From Trypanosoma brucei (lineage: Eukaryota): 64,000 nucleotides of DNA. Each line of letters begins with the position of its first letter. Within the stretch, counting starts at the first letter, position 1. A program made the translations under genes and the position numbers. The DNA lies in contig CM000207.1 in NCBI GenBank assembly GCA_000002445.1, positions 2,993,548-3,057,547 of the forward strand, written 5' to 3'. Under the pieces are notes generated by a model. The model was not told the origin of the DNA, ran no database searches, and saw nothing but the letters and a program-made list of their open reading frames with translations. This document shows, piece by piece, positions 49,557 to 62,410 of the stretch.

Positions 49557-50764
49557 GCTGTTCCTTCTTGTAATTTCCAATCGGAAGGGGCGAGTTGTTC
49601 CTTGTATTGCATGTTTGTTGTAGCTCTGTAAGCATATAGTTTTGCACAAAGAATTACGGCTGCTTTATAATAAATCTCTTTTTTATACAAATTTTTCACG
49701 TTGTGCTGCGACTGCTATGTATGTTTCGATTCAAAAACCTGTTTGAGGAGCTTCATCTCCATAGTTACGATTTTTGAAGCTATTTTTGAAAATAAAAGTG
49801 TTTCCATTTTTATCATCTTACCGTTATTGCTGCTTTCATAGTCAGTCTGCTTCGCGTGCGGTAATTTCTGTGGAGGTGCATCGCTTGTCGGTTGGTCCGG
49901 CATCATGATTATCAGCGACACTGTCTCTTGCAATGTTTTATCGCTGGTCATGCAGCTTTTTAAATGTCTCAGTTGTACATTGGTTAGAATTGTGGTTTTA
50001 AAAGTAGTCTCTAGATGTAAACACTTAACAAATTGTTCGACTAATGTGCTTTTTAAGTGAAATTTGCGGGAAAACTTTTTATTTCAAGAAACTGTGGTTG
50101 AATTTTTTATTTAAAGCTAGATTTTACACTTTTCTGTCTCATTTTTGTTTGCTGTCATCGCCTTTTCGCGCCGACCTTATACTTAAATCTAGTCATAAAT
50201 ACAAATATTGGTCTTCTCCATATTTATTGAAGCCAATCAATTATTCAGCTAAAAATCTGTTAGAGGCTTTACAAGACATTAAAAGTGAGTTCATATATAT
50301 ATATACAAAAGCCACTTTGTGCCTCGTTTGGGATTTGGTATTACCGTTAATAGCATCTATTTTTCTGTTTAAGCTGCCTTCTTAGCTCTTGTTGTGCTTT
50401 TGGTCGCATAAAAAAGGACAGTTTTAATACTTCTTAATTATTTTTGAGCAGTGTGTCACGATACGCCAACAAGAATTCTGAATAAGTGTTTCTATTATCC
50501 TTTTTTCGTAAAGATGCTTTAAATGGCTATTATGTGTCTTTTTGGTCTTTGTAGCGTCAGCAATTCCTGTGACCTCACTATCAGTATTTTCTGTCACTTT
50601 TTCGCTTACTTTTATAACAGCCGATAGCTTTTCTACTCAAAACATCCGTTAACATTAATCTTCTATTTGTTTTTACACACTTCCTTGTCTCTCAATGCAA
50701 ACTAACTGCTTATCTCTACAGATCTTCGACTATCATTTTGGACTTTGCACCGCCTTCATTACAC

Positions 50765-50850
50765 CATGAATATACACACTCACAACACTCTCCTATCACT
50801 ATTGTTATCTTTACTATTTTAATTATACACCTACCTAATATTCATAAAAT
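50765..50850. repeat. 70-bp repeat (upstream of VSG-12)
   Basis: catgaatatacacactcacaacactctcctatcactattgttatc. Confidence 0.8.
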
Positions 50851-50982
50851 AAACAAAATAGACTAAGCTAGAATGGTATTTATTTTAAATAATTTATCAC
50901 CCTATTTCTTTGTACCTACTGTTAACTTTTATTCAAGTTTTAATTTTTAAGAAAATTTATATTTTTCATATGTTACTAAAAA

Positions 50983-50998
50983 GATGTTAAATATATCA
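50983..50998 (-). promoter_or_regulatory. VSG 3'UTR 16-mer variant (VSG-13)
   Basis: gatgttaaatatatca has a 1-nt deletion relative to the consensus. Confidence 0.6.
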
Positions 50999-51079
50999 AA
51001 TTTAATAAAACTTTGTAAATTCTTTCAAAATAGCAAATTTTAATAAATTTAAAAATTTTTATAAGATCAAGCAAAACCA

Positions 51080-52613
51080 TTATAATCTGAGAGTGCTACA
51101 TACTCCCAAACTCATAAAATCAGAGGCAGTCAGAGCAAAATTTTTATTGACGCCAAAAATTGGAATCTTTATAAGTTTATCCATCCCATTTGCAATTGTC
51201 CGTGCATTCTTTCTGTTGTTTATCTTTGCATGCTGAATTAGATATTGTTGCCTCTTTATTCTCCCCTGTTCCTGGTTTGGCTGCTTGTTCTACATGTGTT
51301 TCATTCAGTTGGCAGTGCCTTCCTGTTTCCTCAGTTTCTTTAGTTAATTCGCAGAGTGGTTTCTTTCTTTTGCACTCATCTGCTTTCTCTATTACTTCGC
51401 ATTGTTTTGTTTTGTCTGTTATTGATCTCGATACTTGTGCTGCTTTGTTTACTGCTTCCTGGTTGTGTTCAGCTATTTCCCACAACAGAGTGGTTGCCGT
51501 GGTGTTGAGGAGTTCAAGTTTTTCCTGTAGTATGTGATTGCGGCTCATCGCTGCCTGCCGTTGGTCGTAAAGCGAAGCTCCTTTTTTAAGGTGTTCGAGC
51601 CATTTTAGTTTTGTTGCATCGCCTTTCTTTGCGCCTTTGTCGTAGCGTACACATATTGCGTTGTTTGTGGAACCGTGTTTGCCCGTGCAGCCGCTCGATC
51701 CATCTCCCCCTACCGAACCCAGTGTGTTGAGGATGTCATTGTCGCTCCCTTTGTTCCCGTCTAGCCTCCCGCTGAATGTGTGCATCAGCGCTGTGAGCAG
51801 TGTAGTTGATTTGTCTTCTGTAAAGTTTGTTTTCTTGCATGCTCCTAGGAGGACTGTTAGTATTGCTGTCAGATCAGTGGTGCCTGTCCACTCAGTGGCG
51901 GCGTTTCCGCTGCCGCATGTGTCGCAGCACGCTTTGCCATTGTTGCTCTCGCCTGCGCCACCACCGCATAGGCAAAGCAAGTCAAGCAGCAGCACCTGTC
52001 GGGCCTTTGTTCCGGCTGTGCTTTTCCCTGCTCCGCATGCGGCCGTCCGTCCTGTCCCTCCGAGCAGCAGTTTGGCTTGATCTTCGGCCCCGCCGAGCAA
52101 GGCTTGAGATAACTCAGCGTTTATTGCCTCTTTTTTCGCTATTGCCTTCAAATTCTCGGCTGCTGCGTAAGCTTTGAGCGCCGCGTTTGCAACTTGGTGA
52201 TACTTTTGTCTTGCGCGTTGGTTGCTTTTCAGTACAGAGAAAGCTGCCAGTCTTTGCTTGATGTTATCTTTAGGGTTGCCGCTAATAGAAGTTTTCCAGA
52301 AATCCCATGCTTTTTCGAGACCAACTAGGTCATTTTTGACTGATTTTTCCAGTTCTGCCCAGGTCTTCTCCTTGTTCTTGCTTACTTTCTGTAACGTTGT
52401 TTCGTCGCTTAGCGACAGGTTGACGACGAGAATTTCTTCAGCTATTGTTTCTATTGTCGCTGGTATAGTCACGTCTGTGTTGATCGGCTGCCCAAAATTT
52501 ATCAGCCCACAAAGAGCTTCAAAATCTGCCCCATGGCCGTTGGCTGTGACTGCTCCGAGTGTGGTTGTCGATAGTACCCCTACGGCTCCTTATATTAGAC
52601 TAAAGATGACTTG
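51080..52613 (-). pseudogene. VSG-13: VSG pseudogene (stop in signal peptide, degenerate GPI tail)
   Basis: The reverse complement at ~52613 gives MQLQVIFSLI*GAVGVLSTTTLGAVTANG.., running into ORF 51177..52472(-) (431 aa; ..AENLKAIAKKEAINAELSQALLGG...CTDNCKWDG*). The tail KDSNFWRQ*KFALTASDFMSLGVCSTLRL* is shifted. Confidence 0.75.
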
Positions 52614-54299
52614 CAGTTGCATCTGCGGTCTGCTATCTCTTTGTGTTTATGGTAGCTTGGTGTTTGTGAAAGAAGTTAGGGAAATAAAGGATGCTGCCGC
52701 AGAATTCGCTGCTTGGTGTGCTTAGGTGATTTGCTTGCAGGCATCGCTTTTATGTTTTCTTCTGGTTTTAACCGCGTCGTAGCCCGTTTATCTAATATCT
52801 TGTGCCTGATTTTTAGGGTCGTTTACATAGCTGTGTGGTCTTATACTTATCGATCGTGCACCGTTACACCGCTGCCTTCATTATGCGCTTTGGCAGTTTT
52901 GTACTTACTATCTTGCTACCTCTACCTTTGTGTCCACTCAATCTCAGAACTAAATCCTCAATATATGGTTCCTGTCAATTGTTTTTGAGCTTCAGCTGAG
53001 GCAACTGTTTCCTGCCTGCTTTAAGCTCTGCTCTTTCTCTAGGTTCTTAAGTGTGAATTTAATGGTCAAAGTTTTGAGTAGCGTTCCTGTGACTTGAAAA
53101 ACCTGAAAATCTTATAAAAACGCGCACTGCAGAGTAATAATTTGCCGTTCAAATCGACTTTAGTTTGTTTTATTTCTATATAAAAACATTTATAATTTAC
53201 ATTTCTAATCTGTTCTATATATATTCACTTGTGAGATAGATCTCGTTCTTATAAGAATACAAATCTTCTAGTTTTCTCTAATGTGCACTCTTAGGTATTT
53301 TATTTACAAACACTGTTCATTTTAATGCCGTTTTTGTTATAGAGGTATCACTGTGGGACCTGCGAGTATCATTGTTAACTTATTTTTCATCTTTCTCCGC
53401 TCCATAAACTATTAATCGCCCTTAGTTCAAATGTAAATTACTCAGTCCACATATGCCTTCACGTTTTCACCTGTATACAACTACGGAGCTTTCGGTGTAT
53501 TATAAGTGACTTTATAGACATTATAAACTTCTTCTGAACGGTCATATACATGGGTTTCTTTATTTTAGTGATGGTTTGCGGTTGCGCTTTATTTAATTGT
53601 TTCAGCTGTTTTCTTTTTCTTTTTCTATTAAAGTTTATCCATTGGTATTACTACTTTTAAAATCCTTCTACATTTCATATCATATTGTTTAAAATAAATG
53701 TTGGCATTACTTCCATACCTACTAACAAGAAGACTTTGATACTCCCTAACACTTGCCTACTCCCTTCTTTATTTCTCTTTATTTCCTTTTCTTCTACATT
53801 TTTTGAAATGAGATCTACCATCAGATCAAAAACAACAGATTCAAACGTCAGCTCTGCAGCCACATCCATAAATTTGTGATTGAAATAAGGAGTACAATAT
53901 TCTCCTCCTCTCGTATTATTTTATTCTCTGCTGTGCAATTGCATATTCTATTGTTTCATTTCGCATTTTCTTTTCTTTATCTTTATCTTCTGTTGCTGCT
54001 CCTGTAGATGATATGGCACCCCACTTCCCTTGTACACTAGACTCTTTGTCTCTCTCATATCCACTCCATAATTTTCTTGTTTATGATTTTTTTAATCTTC
54101 ATGTTTGTGTTTGAAACCGTACATATCCTATTTTCCTTTCTTTCCATCTCTTTCTTTCTCATCTTCTTTTTGCCTTTCCTTTGATAATATTTTTCTTACT
54201 CTCTTACACACTCCGCCAACAATTCATTTACGTACTATCTTACCACCCTTAGAATTAAAGAAAATGCTTCTATTTTGACTCCATACTCTGTCCTTACTA

Positions 54300-54385
54300 C
54301 TCTTATTATAATTTTAGTATAAACTCACATTTACAACACACTCCTATCATTATCATTGTTACTACTGTAATGCAAACAAATATTC
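54300..54385. repeat. 70-bp repeat (upstream of VSG-13)
   Basis: tcttattataattttagtataaactcacatttacaacacactcctatcattatcattg. Confidence 0.75.
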
Positions 54386-54520
54386 GTAAAAAAAACAAAA
54401 TATAAAATGAACGAAATTAGAATATCTCTTATTTTTTTTTACCATATAGCCATGTTACTTTGCACCCATGGTCCACTATCATTCACATTTTACTATATTT
54501 TTTAACGTTTTTGCCACAAA

Positions 54521-54536
54521 GTATTAAATTATATCA
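54521..54536 (-). promoter_or_regulatory. VSG 3'UTR 16-mer variant (VSG-14)
   Basis: gtattaaattatatca has 2 mismatches. Confidence 0.55.
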
Positions 54537-54632
54537 AATTGTAGCAAAGCTTAGCAAATTATCTTAAAATATAAAATTTCATAAATTTCATAAAATAGAG
54601 CAAAATCCTCTATCAACAGTTCTTGAAAGTGT

Positions 54633-56070
54633 CATGCTAGAAGAACTATTGAGAGAAAAAGAGTATTCTTGACTATTACAGAGTTTCTCCCTGTGTTTTT
54701 TGTGTTTTTTGTTTTTTTCTATATTTCCTTATTTTTCGTTCTGCTTTTTCTGCCTTTTTTGTGCTGCTTCAGTGATCTTGCATTTTCCTTCTGTCTTATT
54801 CCATTCACAACCCTCTGTTCTGCCGCATTCTCCCTGTTCTTTGTCGTCTCATTTTGGTACCTGTGGCTTCTTTTTGCAAACGTTTTTCTTCGGTTCGAGC
54901 TCCTCTTTGACACGCTTAAATTTTGTCTTGAGGTCTATCTGGTAGTACAACACCGATTGGATTAGCTCTTTTGTAGAGGTAATAGACAACGCTTTTTCTA
55001 CTTTGACTTTTTCGCTTTTGCCGTCGTATATTGGCGTGTTGAAAAGGGCTTTCCATTTGGAATCGAAGTTTGCGCCTCCATCGTCCAGAAGGTTTTTAAT
55101 TTTGGCTTTGGCGTAGTGTTCGAGCGTGTTGCCAGAGCCTTCCATGCCTATTAGCTTCAGCTTTTTTCCTATGGTCTTAGCCAAATCCGAATCGGATGCT
55201 AGTGCTTTGACCTTATTTTTGGCTGCGCTCGCTGGTGCTTTTTCTGTTTGGCTTATAGTTCCTTTATTGCTGCGTGTGCTTGTGTTATTAACTTGGCTCC
55301 TGCTGTTGACTTCTCTGCTGCCAGCGCGACCCCGTGTGACGAGGCCATGGTGGGTCCGGCGCTATTGACTTTTAGTGTGCCACCAGCTAGAAAGAAAGCT
55401 GACGCTTTCTGAAACAGCTTTGTGTTGGCTTTGCCGCCGGCGTGGAAAAGGATGCACTTCGTTTCTGACGTGCTTGTTGCTTTGACGTCTGACGTTTTGA
55501 GTGTGTTGAAGCTCTTTTTTCCGACGACTGTTTCCAGTCCCGTGGTGTCTTTTTCTAGATCTATTTCTTTGTCAATTGGGCAGCTCGCTAGCGGCGTTGT
55601 GTCCCTCATGATGTCGGTGTACCTGCTGCATTGAGGCAGCCACCCGTTGTGCCTGTGTGGGCTGCCGATAGCAGGTTTAAGAAATCTGATATGCCGGCGT
55701 ATACTGTGCCTGCTGCTGCTGCCGCCTTAATTGATAGCGTGCTCAGTGTCTTTAGATTTGTCGCTGTTTCTTCCGCTGCTTCGAGCAGTGTCGATCCAAG
55801 AAATGCTAGTACGATTGTGTCCCCTGAGTCTTCACGGGCTGTGGCCACAGTAGCGAGTCTCATTGCTGTGTCCTGGTAGTCCGCCATCACCTCCTGTGCT
55901 TGATCAAGTTTGTTTTTTACTACATCTGGAACTTTGGACATTTGTTCTGCCGTTGTGCACATTTATTTCCAGGTTTCTGCTTTCAAGGCATTTCCCGTTT
56001 CAGCCCCCAGTGGAATGCATACCAGTACGGCTGCGAATATGAGGGTTATAGTCGCCGTTGTGATAGACAT
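54633..56070 (-). pseudogene. VSG-14: VSG pseudogene (in-frame stop after signal peptide, frameshifts)
   Basis: The reverse complement at ~56070 gives MSITTATITLIFAAVLVCIPLGAETGNALKAETWK*MCTTAEQMSK.., running into ORF 55606..55962(-). ORFs 55253..55609 and 54849..55184(-) continue in other frames. The tail reads ..NSVIVKNTLFLSIVLLA*. Confidence 0.7.
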
Positions 56071-57684
56071 AGGGCCAGATTTTTGGCTGCCTAGGTCGTG
56101 AGTTTTTTGTGTAAGACGGGTTCATTGCATATCTTTCAATGGTTGAGAATTGAAAGAGGCCCAGCTATTCCCGGCTGGAAAAAAGGCGTGTTATGTGAAA
56201 GAACAAGATAAGGACACTTATATTATTTGTTCATTTCTGGCCTTGGGTTACGAAGCACCCTCGATTTTCATTTACGGTTGGGTCTTTTTGACGAATACGT
56301 GAGTGGATAATTAAGATTCAATTTTTCTACCTGCAGTTACTTTGCATTTACTTTCTCTCAAGTAAAATCTTGCACTCCTACTCATCCTCCTATATCATCG
56401 ACTACTTTTCCGCTGTCCCATATTGGCTTTTTCCTGTTTATTGTGATTTTTCTTTGTCCTTCTGTAGTGTACACCATATTTTTAAAGGTTCCATTTAAAT
56501 TCCCTCAGAAAAATTGACAAAAAGATGCGTTTGTTGTGAACTAAAATACAGTTTGAATCTAACTCACTTTTTCTATATCTATTAAATTTCTTTCTGGGCT
56601 TTTTTAGATTGTCACCACTATGCAGCGAAAATAACACAAACATTTCCACGCCTAAAAAGTCAAATATTTCTGCTTCTGCTATGCTTTATTTGTCGCCAAC
56701 TGGAAGATGCCACATAAAGACTTAGTTACAATTCAACGCATTTGTTTTGAACGTATTCAGTTTTTTGGTTGGGATTCCTTAGAAGTTGATTGTAATTTGC
56801 CTCTTCTACACTTCATATTTGGTTATTTGGGGACCATATGAACTTTCTTGAATGCTTTCAGTTTCTTTTCCGCTCACTTAAATGTGGTTATACCATTGCC
56901 ATAATGTGGAGCACTAGATTTTTGAATACAGCTAATGTCTGACGTCTATAGCAGTACTGAAGTGGTGGTATGTCATAACAAACTTTTTGTACTTTATAAA
57001 CTGCTGAAATTGCTTCACAAATATGTTCTGTCATAACACGTTCCCACATTTTACTCTTATTCTTCTGCTCGTCACAGTAATTCAATAGTATTCGTCGTTT
57101 TGAAACTTTTCTCACGATAATATTAAAAAAATCCCACAAATATTTCCAATATTAATATCTCTCATGAATAAGAGCCTTTAATATCTTTTCGCACTTACTC
57201 AATTCCCTTAATCTGTTTCTGATTCTGTTTCACCGTTGAATATTTGGATCCTTTATCAGGCTAAAACCGAAAGTCACCATCATTACCTTTGTAGTAGTAG
57301 CTTTTCACTTCTTTTTGGAGGAAAGAGAATTATTTCTCTTGTCTCGTTTTCTTTGTGCTGCGTTACCGCTTACACTGTAATTTAATTTTGTATTTTCTGT
57401 CCTTCTTCTGCGTTTTCTGCCGGTTATAATCCGAATTATTTAGAGAATCATGTTGACCTGTTCACTAGATTTTTTGTCTCCCTCACTATCCACAGCATCG
57501 TCTCCTTTGTGGGACATGATGACCGTTGTTAAATTAGTATTTAAAACTGCGTATATTTCATATCTTTTCTCCTTCTCTCATTATTTCCTTCAATAATATT
57601 CTTCCTTACTCGCTTGATTATACTGTACACTGCTATTATTTTTAAAAATTGTATTTTCCCTATTCACATGGCTTCTTAAACCAC

Positions 57685-57765
57685 TATTATTATAGTATAT
57701 ATACACTTACAACATTTTATATCATTATTATTATAACCCCAACTAATATACATAATATAATTTAA
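57685..57765. repeat. 70-bp repeat, degenerate (upstream of VSG-14)
   Basis: ccactattattatagtatatatacacttacaacattttatatcattattattataacc. Confidence 0.65.
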
Positions 57766-57914
57766 AACCGTTCATAATATCACTCATATTTCGTACCATC
57801 TCACCATAATACTTTATATCCAGTGGCGACTATTATACCCATTTCACTAAAATTTCAAATTCTCATTTTTTTCAAAATTTCAAAGATTTAACGAATTTGT
57901 ACTTTCATTAAAAA

Positions 57915-57930
57915 GTGTTAATATATATCA
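57915..57930 (-). promoter_or_regulatory. VSG 3'UTR 16-mer variant (VSG-15)
   Basis: gtgttaatatatatca has 1 mismatch. Confidence 0.75.
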
Positions 57931-57992
57931 AAATTTATAAAAATAGAAAATATTTCAAATTTTATAAAATTGAGCAAAATATACTTATAATT

Positions 57993-59527
57993 CTAAAGTG
58001 CTATAAAACTCTCAAAAGCAGCATCCACACTCAGAGCGAACCTCTAATTGACAAGAATACTGGAATCTTGGCATTTTCCTTCAATCCATCCACAAACAGT
58101 TATTTCCTGTAGCGGTATTCCCTCGTACAGCCTCACAGTCCTCTTTCTTAGTGTGATCAGAGCGGTTTTTTACATGTATGTGTTTCTCCTCCTTTTTCTG
58201 CTGCTATTTTGCCTTCCTCACTCAAGGTGCACTTTTTTCCTTTCTTATTTCCCTCGACATAAGTGCAACCAGTTTTGTTTTTGCAAGCGGCATGAGTTTT
58301 AGCTTCGTTGCATGATTTTTCTGCTATATCGGTTTGCTGCGCGGTGTCGGTGTCGGTGCTTTTTGCAGCCGCATGGGCACCCGGTGTTTGGTTTGTGACA
58401 AAGCCGAGGGCATATTCCTGCCACGCACTGGCATTCAAGGCGGTGAGTTGCGGCAGCATTATTTCGTTTGGTATCGGGGCTTGAACTTTATCTAGCTTAG
58501 AAAGGGCATCAGTGGCTGTTTTTACCCAGGGTATCTCTGTTTTTTTGGTGTGCTTTAGGTGCACGTGGTAGCTGACGCATGTCTGCTTAGCTGCTCCTGT
58601 GCAGCCTGTGGCTGTGTTGTCGATATAGCCTAAGACGTAGCGGCGCCCTTGTGCATTGCCTGTGCTGGGATTATTTGTGTTTCCGCCGATCAGGCTCAGT
58701 ACCGCGTTTATGGCTGTTCGTATTTCGCTGCTTGTTGGGTGCTCCTGTGGGTCCGGGCAAGCACTCATGAGCTTGTCCCACTCTGTGGCGATGCTTGATA
58801 CTGCCGTGCGTTCGATGTCTGTGCCTTTATCGAGCGTTGTTGCTTGGTCTGTGCACAGCTTTTTTCCCCCGTCCTGTCCGTGTATGCAAAGACAAAAAAT
58901 GTCGTTGGCAATTGTGGTTCCCGTGTTGGTCGCCGATGTGGCCGATTTTATGTCTTCACCGCCGCAGTTTTTGGCGTGGTCGTGGCTTTGCCCGAACACT
59001 TTCTCTTTGTTAGTGGACTTGAATATAGAGTTGCCGTCCTGGAAACCGCCGGTTATTGTTTCGTCGCCGTAAAGGGCTTTTCGCAGCTCGGTATTTGCTT
59101 GCTTTACAGCGTCGCTCAATGCTATTTTGAGGTCGTTTGTGGCTTTCTTTGTTTGTTTCAACTGTTCCGTTGTTATATTTACTGCTTTTGCTGCAGCCAC
59201 GCCCTGCGGTGTTTGTGGAAGCGGTCGGTCGTCTTCCTTTAGTCCATACTTTCCGGCTTCCTTTTTTTGGTTTATGTCCGTGAGGTTGCTGCCTGCAAGT
59301 GTCTGCAGCTTGTCTGCGTCGTTTTCGAGCTTATTGTCTGCGTCCACGGACGGTAACGGTGCTTCATCTAAGCCTTTCTGTATTAACTTCGTCAGCCTAC
59401 AGAGCGCAGCGAATTCTTGGGAGTTTTCTTCCTCGTCTCCGGCTGCTGCTTCGCTGCCGTTGAAAGACAAAAGAGCTAGTATTACTGTGGCTACCGCCGT
59501 TTGTGTGAAGAAGTGCCACCACTGCAT
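57993..59527 (-). pseudogene. VSG-15: long intact N-terminal-domain ORF, frameshift and stop in C-terminal tail
   Basis: ORF 58157..59536(-) is 459 aa with the signal MQWWHFFTQTAVATVILALLSFNGSEAAAG. Its C-terminal domain is ...CKNKTGCTYVEGNKKGKKCTLSEEGK. The tail frame CQDSSILVN*RFALSVDAAFESFIAL* has TAG at the Lys position of the GPI signal. Confidence 0.8.
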
Positions 59528-60884
59528 CTCAAACACAGTACAAAGGCCTGAGCTTTGCTGCTGGTTGTGTTTAGTAGAAAATAGAGGTGAAATGAAGTGA
59601 TGGCGGGTTGTCTGGTATTGGTTTCTTGTTGTTCGATGCTCAATAACCGATGTAACTACGACAAACCGATGTACAACTTGTGTCTTTGCTTAATTTTTGT
59701 ATAGATAGACGGGTTTATGCGGTTTTGGTCTTGTTATCGCGTAGTATACATTTTTTTAAATTTTACTATAATATCCCCCAATTATTTACACAATTACCAT
59801 CCAAAAACAAATCCTTCGTGTTGCGGTTTGAATCCTACGGTGGCTACAAGTCCGTTAAAAATATCCCTGATTTGTCCTTCACTTTTCTTCAATTTTTATA
59901 GCGCTGACGTTAAGAACTACTGTGGTGGCATCATGGATCTATAGATAAAGTAGTCGAGGAGTCAGTTAGCCGTTTTTACCACTACGGTGAGATGCTTATC
60001 AGAATTTCGTGTTAGAGAATCTATTTAATATACTTTTAGCTACTTTTTGAGTTACTGAGATGACTGCTCTTGTTTCTATACTAGCCTTGAAGATTATTTT
60101 TTCTTTTTCATCACTTTTGTCCACGGAAAAAGCTTCTATATTACAGAAACTAGACCTATATAATGCTTGTATTGATTTTTTGTGTCTAGTAATATCCAAA
60201 TGCAATCTCACTGCCTTTTTTAGTTCCATTTCACTCTACTATTATTCTTTTATTTTAAACTTGTTGATATATAAAACTTTCAGGAAGATAAAATGGCGTG
60301 TGTTAGTAGTCTTTCTTTAGTGTTTTTTAGTTAGGTAAAAAAGTTCAATATTATCCCTCGTAAGTAATCTACCTCCTAATCTAGTATATTTTCTATCCAA
60401 GTTGTGTTTTTACAACTTAAATGCTTCACTCTCAAAAAAAGAGATCTATCTAATAACTTTGACAATTGGTCTGAGTTTAGGGACAACTATTGATCATTTT
60501 CTCTACAATATCTGTAGTTGCAATCAATCTTTTGTTGTTTCTGTTTCTTTTAAGTCTCGAACAAGTTTTCTGCTTTACAATTCTGTCAAAAAGAACCCAT
60601 ATTGTTTGGGACTACTTCCACAAACCAACCTCTATACTCATTTCCCTCTACACCTTTAAAGTCTCTATGTTAAATACCTTCAGGTTGACACATTTATACG
60701 TCATATGACCGAGGGAATATTTAAACGACTTAGCGTGTTCTCACCACCGTGTTTGTAACCACTTTGCTTTTTCCTTGACCAAAAGATGACTTAATTGCGG
60801 ATACTTCTTTTCAGTTTCATTGAACTATAGCTATTTTGTTAAGTGTTTCCATTTGTAGTTTAGTCATTTTCACAACCACTTGTA

Positions 60885-61020
60885 TTATTATAAGTATATA
60901 CACACCCATAACACTCTCCTATCATTATTATTATTATTATTACTGCTCTTATTATAATATTTGTATATTCACACTCACAACACTCTTCGATTATTATTAT
61001 TATCATAATAATTATTATTA
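60885..61020. repeat. 70-bp repeats (2 units) upstream of VSG-15
   Basis: agtatatacacacccataacactctcc and cttattataatatttgtatattcacactcacaacactcttcg, flanked by ATT/TAA triplets. Confidence 0.85.
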
Positions 61021-61195
61021 TATAGATATTTTAAAACATAACACTCTTTATTTCAATTATTACTGTTATAAGCCTAAAATATTCTTGATATCCTTTAAAT
61101 AAGCAAAAAACTATAGAAATTTAAGAATAGGACTTACTTTTCATTCTCTATAACCATATAACATTATACCCATGATCACTTTCACACCAATAAAG

Positions 61196-61217
61196 ATATA
61201 TATATATATATATATTT
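61196..61217. repeat. (TA)n dinucleotide microsatellite
   Basis: tatatatatatatatatattt. Confidence 0.9.
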
Positions 61218-61273
61218 ATATTTACATTTATAATAGGTAAAAAATCTTACTATTTTAAAATTTTTATCGAAAA

Positions 61274-61289
61274 GTGTTAAAATATATTC
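61274..61289 (-). promoter_or_regulatory. VSG 3'UTR 16-mer variant (VSG-16)
   Basis: gtgttaaaatatattc has 1 mismatch. Confidence 0.7.
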
Positions 61290-61322
61290 GAGTAGAAAAA
61301 CAATAAAAAAAAGATGGAGGGA

Positions 61323-62410
61323 TTAAAAAAGTAAGGTCAAAAAAGCAGCCATACGCAGAGCCAATTTCTTATTTACAAGGTAACTGTAATCTTTGCGATA
61401 TTTCTTTTGCATACCATTTGCAATTCCGTTCTTTTGTCATATTAACTGCGTCAGTGGCTGTGTATTCAGTTTTCGCTTTATTATACACTTCTTTCTTTTC
61501 TGTTTTATCTGCTGTATCTGTTTTGGCGTAACCTTCTTGTGGGGGACCCGTTTTACTTGCGATATGCTGTTTTGTTTTTCCAGTGAAATATGATATTAGT
61601 TTGCCTGCGTCCGCAGTGTTGGCAAGATCAGCTAACTTACCTTCTATTTTGTCTTTTTTATGTAAAAGGTGTGTATCTTCTCATTATAAAACTTTTTAAA
61701 GGTCTCTTTGAAGGCTGTCTCCGTTTGTCCTATTTCCGCCTTTACTATTCTGGTTGTTTGGTTGCCAGCTATTTCACTTGTTTTGCTTTTGTCTGTCGTT
61801 GCGAGTTGTATTAAACTAGCTAAATTGCTGTCCTTTGTTAGTTCTTCGTATCTTCGTTTCAACTTTGAGGGTATGTCGGTCGGTCTGTATCGGTGCGCCG
61901 CGCAACACAACCTGGGTAACCTTGCGCCGCAGGAAATTGACCAATCTTCGTTCTGTGTTGGGTTACTGCACGTCGCAGTGTTGCCTTTTTTGCTGTATAG
62001 TTCGATGGTGACTAGGATTTCTGGTTGCTCCTCCACCTCTACAAAAGCGCCTAGGTAGGCGGTGCCTGACGTTTAACTCGCGCTCGCCGCGTAGCCGGCG
62101 TCGGCCCCTTCGCCGCTGCCCAGCTGGCAGCAAGGGTCCCTTTGCCCTTGGCCAATGCTGTTAGCTTCCTTGGTGTGAACACAGCCTATGCGATTAGCTT
62201 GACAGCCTTGATCGTCGCTGGCTGGATCCCGCTGCGTTTCAGCTTGTGCTCGGCATCACTGACTTCCAGTAAACAGTTGTCGGCGTTTATTGCCGTTAGC
62301 GTCGGCTTCTTTGAGGCCTTGACTGTTGACGCTTGTGGTGAGGTGTCTGTTGTGTCGGTGGCAGTGGCTTGTCCTGGCGTCATCCTTGTTATTTTCAGCC
62401 TTCTATACAT
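61323..62410 (-). pseudogene. VSG-16: 5'-truncated VSG-related pseudogene abutting ingi-3
   Basis: The tail NCKWYAKEISQRL.. then KDYSYLVNKKLALRMAAFLTLLF* is frameshifted. ORFs 61644..62036 and 62186..62410(-) give upstream coding. There is no signal peptide. The ingi-3 3' end begins at 62411. Confidence 0.6.
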